From: a virus
Virus record (IMG/VR): IMGVR_UViG_3300037420_000837
Span: 1 to 64,000 of that record
Strand: one strand, 5' to 3'
Length of the DNA stretch: 64,000 nt
Each line of letters starts with the position of its first letter. Position 1 is the first letter of the stretch. Below the pieces are notes generated by a model. The model saw only the letters and a list, made by a program, of their open reading frames with translations, searched no databases and was not told the DNA's origin. This document shows positions 36,270 to 44,408 of the stretch, in pieces. The position numbers and the translations under genes are program-made.

Positions 36270-37084
36270 TGGGCTATTGGTACAAGCATTTGCCGAGTTG
36301 CTTCTGTCCTCCAAACAAGGAGGATACCTTGAAGTGGCACAGCAACTGGGGGAAGGCCATTGAGCTTCACCCCCGGCTTGTACCGCCAGTCCCTAGGCGC
36401 TCTGGGGAAATTATCGACGGCTTCTGTCCGAGATGCGGCAAGCAGTTGGTGGAGCTGGCAAGTTGGGATAGAGGCCCGGGTATGAGCTACAGAAAGACTT
36501 CTGAGGATGTCACGGTGTCACACTCTAAACCTATACATAAACCCCGCCCCACCGTAAGGGAGAGGGATAATTTTGAGACCTTCACGCAAGGGGGGGCTCC
36601 CCCCCACCCCGGGGGTTTATTGATAGATAAAGGGGCTGACATCGTGACACTTTCTGAGGAAGAAGCCAAGGCCTACGAGAGGGCCAAGACCTCGTTCTAC
36701 CATGCGCAGGGGGTTCTGATACCCCGGATGGTGCGACGGACAGTCGCCGGGGAGAAGGTTCTAAACCACTCAGAGATTGACGCGTTCAATCTGCTGGGGC
36801 AGGCGGCCCAGGACATCGACAAGTTCTACGCCAAGCGCTGGGGGCTGGGGAACACTATGCCCTACTACGCCATTGCCAAGATGCGTTGGGAGAGGGACAC
36901 AAAGCTGTGCGAGCCATGTCAAATGAGATATCACGTCCCGTCAGGGTCATACGAACGGCACCTGAGTCAACACCCGTCCGCCCGTACTACCACGGACTCA
37001 TCACCCAAGCCCAGTGGGAATTTCTTGAGACGGTGGCTGCTGAGCGCGGGCTCGCGGTTGATGAACTCCTTCGTAGACTTATAG
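36236..37084 (+). CDS. hypothetical ORF, probably composite (two genes or gene plus structured spacer)
   Basis: continuous 282-aa frame but contains G7-CT-C7 hairpin plus CCCCGGGGG palindrome at 36590-36615 and SD-like AAAGGGG before GTG 36644; C-terminal part overlaps better-looking ORF 36886. Confidence 0.3.
   Translation: MLHDSERGEVVMGYWYKHLPSCFCPPNKEDTLKWHSNWGKAIELHPRLVPPVPRRSGEIIDGFCPRCGKQLVELASWDRGPGMSYRKTSEDVTVSHSKPIHKPRPTVRERDNFETFTQGGAPPHPGGLLIDKGADIVTLSEEEAKAYERAKTSFYHAQGVLIPRMVRRTVAGEKVLNHSEIDAFNLLGQAAQDIDKFYAKRWGLGNTMPYYAIAKMRWERDTKLCEPCQMRYHVPSGSYERHLSQHPSARTTTDSSPKPSGNFLRRWLLSAGSRLMNSFVDL
36590..36615. repeat. perfect G7-CT-C7 hairpin followed by CCCCGGGGG palindrome
   Basis: seen directly. 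Confidence 0.9.
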
Positions 37085-37362
37085 ATGAGGGAGTGGAGAA
37101 GCTAGAGCATCTGGAGAGGTCGAAGCCGAGGGCTCGAAAGCCTGCCGGGAGACCGTTTGATAGCCCAGAAACAGGCCGGTTCAAAGAGCTGGTGCACATG
37201 CTTCAGCCCATCTATGTGAAGCTGCGGGAGAGCTTTGGCGAGGATTTCGAGCGGGTGCACGGGGAGGATGAGAAGAAGCTAGAGGCGCTCATTCAGGCCA
37301 AGGACCTAGAGGGACTTGAGGAGTTCGAGAAGAAGAAGCCGTGGATAAAAAGGAAGTGGTAG
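36886..37362 (+). CDS. hypothetical helical protein (ribbon-helix-helix-like N-region?)
   Basis: AQWEFLETVAAERGLAVDELLRRLIDEG resembles RHH/antitoxin-like DNA-binding segment; Glu/Lys-rich tail. Confidence 0.4.
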   Translation: MGEGHKAVRAMSNEISRPVRVIRTAPESTPVRPYYHGLITQAQWEFLETVAAERGLAVDELLRRLIDEGVEKLEHLERSKPRARKPAGRPFDSPETGRFKELVHMLQPIYVKLRESFGEDFERVHGEDEKKLEALIQAKDLEGLEEFEKKKPWIKRKW

Positions 37363-37538
37363 ATGAGGTGGATAAACGCGAAGCCCGCCAAGACTTGTCA
37401 ACGATGTGGGAGTACTTTCCTGAGCGGCTCGTGTCGGACTTGTGGGTGTTTGAACGGGTCGAGAACTCTACTGACCATAAGACAGGGGCCGCCGTCAAGT
37501 ACAAGGTACGCAAAGCCCGTGCACAGGCCAAAACATGA
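37341..37538 (+). CDS. hypothetical small acidic protein
   Basis: 65 aa ORF; alternative overlapping frame 37363-37659 is Cys-rich. Confidence 0.3.
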   Translation: MDKKEVVDEVDKREARQDLSTMWEYFPERLVSDLWVFERVENSTDHKTGAAVKYKVRKARAQAKT

Positions 37539-37747
37539 TTTTCTCAATGAACCAATATCGGAAGGGGTGCAAGGGCAAGGAGCCTCACCTGAGCCTCGGC
37601 AAGGCGAGGAGCCACGCAAGGCAGCTGACCCAGAAGGCCCGCGAGGACGGTTCGAGTAAGGTTTGGACGGCTTATGTCTGCATCTTCTGTAGGAAGCGGA
37701 AGGGCGTGGATGTCTGGCATGTCGGGCATGACAGGAGGAAGAAGTGA
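37535..37747 (+). CDS. small zinc-ribbon protein
   Basis: CKGKEPH...CIFCRKRKG. Confidence 0.35.
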   Translation: MIFSMNQYRKGCKGKEPHLSLGKARSHARQLTQKAREDGSSKVWTAYVCIFCRKRKGVDVWHVGHDRRKK

Positions 37748-37950
37748 AACATCTGGAGCGATTGTGGGCGGGAATGAAGATTGTCTCGCCGTTTCTTGTA
37801 GCAAGTCTAGGGGCCGCTTTATGGGTCGCATTCGCTGCATGGATTGACCACCTCTGGAAAGCGTGGGGGTTTTTGACGTTTGTTGGGGCAACCATTCTGG
37901 CAATGCTGGGTTGCGTAGTCTACATGGCTGGAAAGGACGAAATCGGATGA
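37744..37950 (+). CDS. small membrane protein (2 TM)
   Basis: 68 aa hydrophobic. Confidence 0.4.
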   Translation: MKHLERLWAGMKIVSPFLVASLGAALWVAFAAWIDHLWKAWGFLTFVGATILAMLGCVVYMAGKDEIG

Positions 37951-38216
37951 TTGTCTACTATTTTCTCTGGGGGCTGTTACAACTTGCCTTCTGGATGACT
38001 CTTATAACCGTGGCCCCGTATTGGGTTGGGAAGTATAGCTATGCGCTAATTGCTTACCTCCAAGACGGGCGACGGAAAACCTTGAGAGAGCAGGTGGCTG
38101 ACCTCAACGCGGACAACGAGAGCATCAAGTACCTTGCGTTGTGGATGGTAGGGATGGTGTCAAGCTTTGTGCTTGGCATCCTCTTAGTTACAGCCTACTT
38201 TCTCGGAAGACCCTAA
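37947..38216 (+). CDS. small membrane protein (2-3 TM)
   Basis: 89 aa; stop TAA is inside motif copy 38213-38238. Confidence 0.4.
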   Translation: MIVYYFLWGLLQLAFWMTLITVAPYWVGKYSYALIAYLQDGRRKTLREQVADLNADNESIKYLALWMVGMVSSFVLGILLVTAYFLGRP

Positions 38217-38238
38217 GGGGGCCTTCTAAGGTCTGATG
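38213..38238 (-). repeat. 25-nt motif copy (reverse), left arm of inverted pair
   Basis: CTAAGGGGGCCTTCTAAGGTCTGATG; contains stop codon of 37947..38216. Confidence 0.85.
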
Positions 38239-38427
38239 ATTGATGCGGTGCGGGTGGGTATTGTTTAAATCTGACAAACAGGGACGTACCGGAGAGTGGA
38301 ACACACCAGTTCTTCTCTTCCTTGGCGACAACCCTGTGGCAACGTCTGCTAGGGGGCTTGACGACCCAGTGTCTGATGCCCTCCAACAAACGCATCTAGA
38401 GGAGAATATCCCTCTAGGCAACTCACT

Positions 38428-38453
38428 CATCAGACCTTAAAAGTCCCCTTTGG
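38428..38453 (+). repeat. 25-nt motif copy, right arm of inverted pair, upstream of rsr
   Basis: CATCAGACCTTAAAAGTCCCCTTTGG. Confidence 0.85.
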
Positions 38454-38459
38454 ACTCAA

Positions 38460-38487
38460 CCCCCTCTTCGGAGGGGGATTTTTATTT
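38460..38487 (+). terminator. rho-independent terminator or 5'-UTR stabilising hairpin
   Basis: CCCCCTC-TTCG-GAGGGGG then ATTTTTATTT; sits between motif copy and rsr SD. Confidence 0.55.
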
Positions 38488-38499
38488 GGAGGAGAAACT

Positions 38500-39894
38500 A
38501 TGGCGAGTATAAACAAACAAGTGCCTAGCAATCTGCCTAAGACGTACGAAGGTACGCCTGCGCAGCGGCTGGACACTGAGCAGACCTTGCAGCGGTTGGT
38601 CTTAGCCAACATGCTGTGGGAGGACCAGTTTTACATCGACGGCAAGGCGACGGCTGGGATGATTTCGGAGTTGGTTCCGAAGGTCAGCCCGAAGTTCGTG
38701 GCGGCTCTGGCGGTCTATGCCCGGGAGAAGATGAAGCTCCGGCATGTGCCCCTGTTGCTTGTGCGAGAGATGGCCCGGGCCTCGACGGAGCATAAGCTCC
38801 TCGTGGCTGACACCCTCTCGAAGGTTGTCCAACGTCCGGATGAGATGACTGAGTTTCTGGCCATCTACTGGAAGGAAAAGAAACAGCCTCTCAGTGCGCA
38901 GGTCAAGAAGGGGCTGGCGCAGGCTTTCATGAAGTTTGACGAGTTCCAGCTGAGTCGGTATGACAAGGACGGAGCGGTCAAGCTGCGGGACGTGATGTTC
39001 CTTACCCACCCCAAGCCCAAGGGCAAGTTCGAGACGGTCTACAAGAAGATTGCGGAGCGGAAGACCCAGACCGTCGACACGTGGGAGACCAACCTCAGCG
39101 CTGGCAAGGACAAGAAAGAATCCTTCGAGCGCCTGATGAGCGAGGGCAAGATGGGCGCTCTGGCCGTGCTGCGCAACCTGCGGAACATGCAGGAGGCGGG
39201 CGTGGAGCTGGACAAGATGCGCGAGGCCATCAAGACCATGAAGGTCGAGAGGGTCCTCCCGTTCCGGTTCATTGCGGCCTCACGATATGCTCCGAAGCTG
39301 GAGCCTGAGCTTGAAGAGGCGATGTTTAAGTGCCTCGGAGATGCGCCGAAGTTGAAGGGGCGCACGGCTCTGGTGATTGATACCAGCCCGAGCATGTGGA
39401 TGGCGAACATCTCCATGAAGTCTGAGATGAATCGGGCAGACGCTGCGGCGGCTCTGGCCATGCTCCTGCGGGAGATTTGCGAGAGTTGCAACATCTACAC
39501 GTTCAACCACGAGGCCAAGGCGATTCCGGCACGGCGAGGGTTTGCGCTGCGGGACGCCATCTTTCAGACCAAAGGGGATTACTCCTGCGGCGGTCTGGGC
39601 GTGCACATGGCCAACAAGGACGGCTACGACCGCATTGTCGTGCTGACGGACGGGCAGTGGCATTACTCGAACTATGAGGCCAACTCCGTAGGTACACGGC
39701 ACTCGATGGAGAACTCGGGACACGCGGGCGTCTGTCCGAAGCCCTTGACTCCACTGGCCTACATGCTCAACGTAGCGGCTTACAGGAACGGCGTAGGTTC
39801 CGGAAGCTGGGTCACCATCGACGGATGGTCTGAAGCGGTTGTGGATTACATCCGTGCGTGCGAGGAGGGCTTCGATGTTGAGGCACGTGGATGA
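38500..39894 (+). CDS. rsr: Ro60/Rsr-like protein (TROVE module plus C-terminal vWA domain)
   Basis: N-terminal TYEGTPAQRLDTEQTLQRLVLANMLWEDQFYI (TROVE-like start), helical repeat region, C-terminal vWA with MIDAS LVIDTSPSMWM and DRIVVLTDGQ; GGAGG SD. Confidence 0.6.
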   Translation: MASINKQVPSNLPKTYEGTPAQRLDTEQTLQRLVLANMLWEDQFYIDGKATAGMISELVPKVSPKFVAALAVYAREKMKLRHVPLLLVREMARASTEHKLLVADTLSKVVQRPDEMTEFLAIYWKEKKQPLSAQVKKGLAQAFMKFDEFQLSRYDKDGAVKLRDVMFLTHPKPKGKFETVYKKIAERKTQTVDTWETNLSAGKDKKESFERLMSEGKMGALAVLRNLRNMQEAGVELDKMREAIKTMKVERVLPFRFIAASRYAPKLEPELEEAMFKCLGDAPKLKGRTALVIDTSPSMWMANISMKSEMNRADAAAALAMLLREICESCNIYTFNHEAKAIPARRGFALRDAIFQTKGDYSCGGLGVHMANKDGYDRIVVLTDGQWHYSNYEANSVGTRHSMENSGHAGVCPKPLTPLAYMLNVAAYRNGVGSGSWVTIDGWSEAVVDYIRACEEGFDVEARG

Positions 39895-40411
39895 GATTGC
39901 TCCCGAGGCAATCAAGTACATGAACTCCCGCATGGGGACCTTCGAGTTCCGGGCCAAGACGCGGTACATGAAGGCGTACTGTGCGCTGGTAAGTATCGGC
40001 CTGAAGAGTGAGCATGTGCTCTTGGACATCGGCGCAGGCAGTTGTCAGTTCGACCACTTCATGCGTACGAGGTTCCGTTGGATGGGGAGATACCTTCCGG
40101 TGGATGCAACGCTGGACGGTACGAACCTGAACAACTGGAAGCCCAAGGCGAAAGTGGACTTCGTGGTTTGTCTGGAGACCTTGGAGCACTTGAAGGTTCC
40201 CGACAGAATGCTCAGGCACATCCGCAGCGCGGCGAAGTACGGGGCAGTAGTGACCGTGCCGAATCCGGACGTAGTTGATGTGTTGAGGTGTGACCCTACA
40301 CACGTGAGTGTAGTGGACCCGGGGATGCTGTTACGTCACGGCTTTGAGGTCACGCCGGTCAATTGCTTCGGCAAGAAGGATGACACCTTGCTTGGAGTGC
40401 TGAGCAGATAG
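39875..40411 (+). CDS. SAM-dependent methyltransferase (class I)
   Basis: motif I VLLDIGAGSCQ, later VDFVVCLETLEHL; start overlaps rsr stop. Confidence 0.55.
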   Translation: MLRHVDEIAPEAIKYMNSRMGTFEFRAKTRYMKAYCALVSIGLKSEHVLLDIGAGSCQFDHFMRTRFRWMGRYLPVDATLDGTNLNNWKPKAKVDFVVCLETLEHLKVPDRMLRHIRSAAKYGAVVTVPNPDVVDVLRCDPTHVSVVDPGMLLRHGFEVTPVNCFGKKDDTLLGVLSR

Positions 40412-40417
40412 GTTTTC

Positions 40418-40487
40418 GCAGGGATGGTGTAGAGAACGGTTACTTCTGACTCTTAAACCCGTACCGTTTTCGTTTGTTCCTCCCTGC
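40418..40487 (+). ncRNA. structured RNA element, family copy C1 (candidate Y-RNA-like), 7 nt after methyltransferase stop
   Basis: closing GCAGGGA/TCCCTGC; conserved 5' TGGTGTAGAGAACGGTTACTTC and 3' CGTTTGTTCC; inner AACGGT/ACCGTT stem. Confidence 0.5.
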
Positions 40488-40496
40488 AAAAGATTC

Positions 40497-40625
40497 GGGA
40501 GTGGTGTAGTAGACAGTTACTTCCCTTATAAGGACGATGGCGTTGGTTCGAGTCCAACCAGAGACGAGAGTCTCTGTAGCTCAGTGGTAGAGCACGACCG
40601 TTACTGTTTGCGATTGTTCCCTCCC
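40497..40625 (+). ncRNA. structured RNA element, family copy C2 with tRNA T-arm-like and D-arm-like modules (candidate YrlA-like)
   Basis: closing GGGAG/CTCCC; 5' GTGGTGTAGTAGACAGTTACTTC, 3' GTTTGCGATTGTTCC; T-arm GTTGG-TTCGAGT-CCAAC (40542-40558); canonical D-arm TAGCTCAGTGGTAGAGC (40577-40593); hairpins CCTTATAAGG and AGAGAC-GAGA-GTCTCT. Confidence 0.55.
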
Positions 40626-40704
40626 GAAACACTGTAACAAAAACCCACCCGAGGGCGTCTTATAGACGCCCGCTCCGGGGAGTCCTTTCCCGGAATGGAG
40701 CATA

Positions 40705-41007
40705 ATGCAGTACAAATCCTACGACTACGGCTCTGCCGTACGTGTCTTCTGGTACGACTCCGCCGCCATCCAAGGATGGCAATACTCAAAGAATGTTGGG
40801 CAGGTAGGACGGATTACCAGCTTGGGATATGTAGTTTCTTCCAAGCCGGAATGTCTGACCCTGTCGACAAGTCTGGATACCACGGGGGCATCTATTGACC
40901 CGCTCAGTATCCCGTGGGGCGCGATTGTTAAGTGTGAGAGTCTCCCCGACCTCGACTTGATGAGCAAGCCGGTATCGAAGCCCCGTAAGAAAGACTCCTC
41001 TGGATAG
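40705..41007 (+). CDS. hypothetical protein
   Basis: GGAG SD then ATG; 100 aa; frame-1 ORF ending just inside the protein-like open frame of the nuclease gene. Confidence 0.4.
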   Translation: MQYKSYDYGSAVRVFWYDSAAIQGWQYSKNVGQVGRITSLGYVVSSKPECLTLSTSLDTTGASIDPLSIPWGAIVKCESLPDLDLMSKPVSKPRKKDSSG

Positions 41008-41197
41008 TCATCTCTACAACGGCCAAGTCATCCTGCGCTTCAACGTCGCACGGCACACCTACGAGATAATTGACCCGCAATTCTCGGACGAGCCTTTCAC
41101 CGTCCCTTCGGTTACTACCGTACTCAAGGTCATCTCGAAAGGTGATGCGCTCACGCAATGGGCCTCCAATCAAGCCATTGAGTGCGTCAAGGAGAAG

Positions 41198-41797
41198 TTG
41201 CAAGATGGCAATTCGTATACAGCTGAAGAAGTCCACAAGTTCTGCGAAGAATGTAAGTACGCCTTCAAACGAAAACGAGACCAAGCAGCCGACATCGGCT
41301 CAGCTGCCCATGAAGTTATCGAAGGAAGAGTCAACACCGCAATTGCTGGAGGTGAACTGCGAGTTGATACTTCCGAGATACACGGAGACAGTGGGCTTGC
41401 AAATGAAGACCTACGCCTTGTTGAGAACTGTGTCAATGCGGCCACCGAGTGGTTACTCAGCCACAATGTTGTACCAATTGTTGCTGAAAGAAGGATTTAC
41501 TCCCGTCGCTGGCACTTCTCCGGGACTGCTGACCTTATTGCAAGAGTAGATGACAAACTTGCTCTTGTTGATTGGAAATCTTCTAAGGGGCTCTATCCCG
41601 AGTATGCTCTCCAGACTGCTGCGTACGTTAAAGCTTATCAAGAAGAGACTGGCGAGAAAATACAGACCCGTTGGCTTATTCGTCTAGGGAAAGAGGACGG
41701 GGCCTTTGAAGCGAAGCAACTCACCAACCTAAGCGGCGACTGGAAAGCCTTCAAGGCCGCGCTAACCCTGCACAATTGGCAAAAATATTCCAAATGA
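41198..41797 (+). CDS. PD-(D/E)xK nuclease (RecB/Cas4/YqaJ-like exonuclease); annotated from TTG 41198 but protein-like frame is open back to 40964
   Basis: GTADLIARVDD...LVDWKSSKG...YALQTAAYVKAY (D...D/ExK...Y); upstream in-frame segment YNGQVILRF..PSVTTVLKVISKGDALTQWA has no ATG/GTG/TTG. Confidence 0.55.
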   Translation: MQDGNSYTAEEVHKFCEECKYAFKRKRDQAADIGSAAHEVIEGRVNTAIAGGELRVDTSEIHGDSGLANEDLRLVENCVNAATEWLLSHNVVPIVAERRIYSRRWHFSGTADLIARVDDKLALVDWKSSKGLYPEYALQTAAYVKAYQEETGEKIQTRWLIRLGKEDGAFEAKQLTNLSGDWKAFKAALTLHNWQKYSK

Positions 41798-42000
41798 AAT
41801 CCCGAGTACCGTACAAGGTAGTCGTTGTGAAGACCGTGGAGGAGCACTTCTATGTGCCCTCGGCACGGAGTCCAGAGGAGGCAACAGAGGTTGCCCTGTC
41901 TGGGGATATTGAACCTACGTACATTGACGTAGAGGTCTTGGATGCGTTCGCAGAAGAGACCGAACCGGAGGATGAATCAGATGTCGACCCAGAGTGTTGA
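41776..42000 (+). CDS. hypothetical small acidic protein
   Basis: 74 aa ORF. Confidence 0.35.
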   Translation: MAKIFQMKSRVPYKVVVVKTVEEHFYVPSARSPEEATEVALSGDIEPTYIDVEVLDAFAEETEPEDESDVDPEC

Positions 42001-42244
42001 AGCACTTTACGAAGTGACCCAACTTTCGAAGCAATTTGTTTATGAAGGTAGTACTCGTGTAGAGCGCCTGTATGTGACTTTGCAGGAGGCCACGGAGACT
42101 GCGAATCTGGGAGACAACGGACGCATTGACCAAGTCCCAACTCGCTATAACAATCATTTCTTTAACATCTATCGTCCGATGAGTGAAACCGAGCGCTGGA
42201 AGTTAGGCACTCGCCACAAGCTGACGATTAACCAGATAAGCTAG
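41972..42244 (+). CDS. hypothetical protein
   Basis: ORF. Confidence 0.4.
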   Translation: MNQMSTQSVEALYEVTQLSKQFVYEGSTRVERLYVTLQEATETANLGDNGRIDQVPTRYNNHFFNIYRPMSETERWKLGTRHKLTINQIS

Positions 42245-42322
42245 TCAGAGCGTAACAGGCGTGTCTACGCAGCGGGAATACCTGCGCGAAAGATTAAAGG
42301 CACTGGAGGGTCTGCCTCTGGG

Positions 42323-43210
42323 TTGGGCGAAAATCCCTACCTGACTAGCCACACATTGACGGGGGCCCTCGCTCCTCCACTCCTCCGCCCCCGTCAACCC
42401 TTTCCTAAATTGGCACTTACAATTAAATCCACTCAAAATCTAGTTACTCCGGGGAACTTTCATTGGAAGGTTCTAGTGTATGGTCTTCCCGGAACCGGCA
42501 AGACAAAATGGGCTGCCGGTGCCCCGAACCCGGGAATCATTGCGTGTGAGACCGGCCATGGAAAGGGACTGCTGACGTTGGCAGACCAGACCATCGAGTT
42601 CGTAGAACCCACGACCTTGCAGGACTTTGACGAGGTCGCCTCGGGCAAGGTCTTCAAGGACAAAGAGACCTTGGTGTTTGATAGTTTGTCGTACTTCGTC
42701 AAGACGGTTGTCAAAGACGAAGCTCTCAAGATGCCTAGGAAGTTCGGGGAAAGCGCCAAGCGTAGAGCTGGGGTGCCGGAACTGGACGACTACGGAGTCA
42801 TGGGGGAACTCACCCGGAAGTATGTGGAGAAATTGCTACTGCTTCCTAAGAATGTAGTGGTTCTCGCAACAGAGAAGTACAGCGGGGGCAACGAGGACAA
42901 TCCAGAGATTGTGATTGGCCCCGACCTTCCCGGAGCGATGTTTTTAGGCTCGACTGCTATGTTCGATGCGGTTCTCCGACTCCGCACTAGGCCGAAGTTG
43001 AGAGACCCCAAGGATGCGAAGAGTAAGTATACCGAGAGGTATTTTCTCACGCAGCCCGATGGGGCAGGCACGATTGCGAAATGTAGGAGCACCCTGAATG
43101 GAAAAGCGATTCTGGATAAGGAAGAGGTTTTCGACCTTGAAACGGGAGCTGGAAGTTTTCAGGCGTTGTATGACAAACTTCTGGCGGCTTACAGCCAGAA
43201 CAAGGGGTGA
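42323..43210 (+). CDS. RecA-superfamily ATPase (AAA_24/Sak4-like), start uncertain
   Basis: KVLVYGLPGTGKT Walker A, ETGHGKG; next to nuclease gene as in phage recombination modules; no ATG near P-loop. Confidence 0.45.
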   Translation: MGENPYLTSHTLTGALAPPLLRPRQPFPKLALTIKSTQNLVTPGNFHWKVLVYGLPGTGKTKWAAGAPNPGIIACETGHGKGLLTLADQTIEFVEPTTLQDFDEVASGKVFKDKETLVFDSLSYFVKTVVKDEALKMPRKFGESAKRRAGVPELDDYGVMGELTRKYVEKLLLLPKNVVVLATEKYSGGNEDNPEIVIGPDLPGAMFLGSTAMFDAVLRLRTRPKLRDPKDAKSKYTERYFLTQPDGAGTIAKCRSTLNGKAILDKEEVFDLETGAGSFQALYDKLLAAYSQNKG

Positions 43211-43476
43211 CAGCATGGGGGCGAGGAGTTTCTATGGGGATTTGGGATAAGCACCCGAGCAAGCATAACGCTGATGCGCCTGTGTACCACGACCTCATAG
43301 AAAAGGTCGCCTTAGAGATGTATGACACGTGTTACATAGGGCACATCCCTTGGAACAAGTGGCGTCAGTTTGCAAAGTTTGCAATTGAATACAAGAAGAG
43401 GGAGGAGCGTATGGCAACCAAGAAAAAGACTCTGAAGAAAACTGCTAAGAAGACTGCCAAGAAGTCGAGCAAGTAG
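43207..43476 (+). CDS. hypothetical protein with Lys-rich (KKTAKKTAKK) C-terminal tail, possible DNA-binding
   Basis: histone-H1-like tail repeats. Confidence 0.4.
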   Translation: MTAWGRGVSMGIWDKHPSKHNADAPVYHDLIEKVALEMYDTCYIGHIPWNKWRQFAKFAIEYKKREERMATKKKTLKKTAKKTAKKSSK

Positions 43477-43495
43477 TTGCGAGGCTGCTGCAACC

Positions 43496-43520
43496 CTAAG
43501 GGGGCTTCTTAGGTCTGATG
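43496..43520 (-). repeat. 25-nt motif copy (reverse), left arm of inverted pair
   Basis: CTAAGGGGGCTTCTTAGGTCTGATG. Confidence 0.85.
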
Positions 43521-43577
43521 GTACAGGGCGTGGTAGCTGATACTCAAAGTACACGAGTCGCTAAATGCAGCTTCTAT

Positions 43578-43605
43578 CATCAGGCCGTAGAAGCCCCCTT
43601 GGAGG
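43578..43605 (+). repeat. 25-nt motif copy, right arm of inverted pair, upstream of 43610 ORF
   Basis: CATCAGGCCGTAGAAGCCCCCTTGGAGG. Confidence 0.85.
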
Positions 43606-43609
43606 GCCT

Positions 43610-43786
43610 ATGTACCCCGGATGGAAATGTAAGTGTAACTGCCACCCAGACAAGCCGTGTTGTGTTGAATGCTACGTTTGGCACGGAGTCTCTTATCGGA
43701 GGTGGAAAAACGAACTTGAGCCAGCCCAAGGAAACACAAGAGAGGCTGTTCCAAAAAGGACTCGAAGACGTGGTGCGAGGGGCTAA
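43610..43786 (+). CDS. small Cys-rich protein
   Basis: CKCNCHPDKPCCVECYVWH; motif copy plus GGAGG SD directly upstream. Confidence 0.4.
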   Translation: MYPGWKCKCNCHPDKPCCVECYVWHGVSYRRWKNELEPAQGNTREAVPKRTRRRGARG

Positions 43787-43913
43787 GCTGCTAGGCTATT
43801 CCCTGAACGACCTGATTCAGTATCTTCGATACCTTTACCCTACCCTGTAACATCCTGCGACGCGCCAGCGTCTTATATCATGCAGGACACAATCCCAAGG
43901 AAATAAACAATAA

Positions 43914-44315
43914 ATGAGTTGGAACGTAAAACTTTCAGAAGTCACTACGCAGCTTGAGGTCATTCCGGAGGGTAAGTATACCTTCCAAGTGGCCGGTGCA
44001 AACTGGGACGAGCGTGACAATAGCCGCTTGAACGTGCGTGCAGTCATCGTCTCGGAGGGCACCCAGCAGGGCCGTAAGGTCATGTTTAGTCTGCCGGATG
44101 CGGAGCGCTACAAGTGGGTAGCCGTCTCGATGAAGCGTCTGGAGCAGGCTCTGGGCGTCGAGAAGTCGGATGACGAAGACCCAGCGGCATATCTCAATCG
44201 TGCGGTCGGCAACAAGTTCATCACGAACATGCAACACCGCAAGTACACCCCCGAGGGTGGAAGTGAGATTGTTCGCTCCGAGGTGAACATCTTCAATTTT
44301 GACCCAGCGGTGTAA
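43914..44315 (+). CDS. hypothetical protein (possible ssDNA-binding/accessory replication protein)
   Basis: 133 aa; strong terminator follows; sits in replication/recombination module. Confidence 0.4.
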   Translation: MSWNVKLSEVTTQLEVIPEGKYTFQVAGANWDERDNSRLNVRAVIVSEGTQQGRKVMFSLPDAERYKWVAVSMKRLEQALGVEKSDDEDPAAYLNRAVGNKFITNMQHRKYTPEGGSEIVRSEVNIFNFDPAV

Positions 44316-44330
44316 TTGCACTGTGACAGG

Positions 44331-44360
44331 AGAGGGGGCTACGGCCCCCTCTAATTTTTT
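44331..44360 (+). terminator. rho-independent terminator
   Basis: AGAGGGGGC-TACG-GCCCCCTCT then AATTTTTT. Confidence 0.75.
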
Positions 44361-44408
44361 CCAATATATCGCTCAATTGATTGAAACGATTTTACGAGAA
44401 CTCTCTAC

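Noticed and set aside
37363-37659. 98-aa Cys-containing ORF overlapping 37341-37538 and 37535-37747
   Set aside because: Three mutually overlapping frames; chose the two with the more protein-like composition and consistent start/stop overlaps, but this assignment is uncertain.
38460-38487. Pure terminator interpretation of the CCCCCTC-TTCG-GAGGGGG hairpin
   Set aside because: Not rejected outright, but it sits between a promoter-like motif and the rsr SD, so it may be a 5'-UTR hairpin instead; kept as a feature with moderate confidence.
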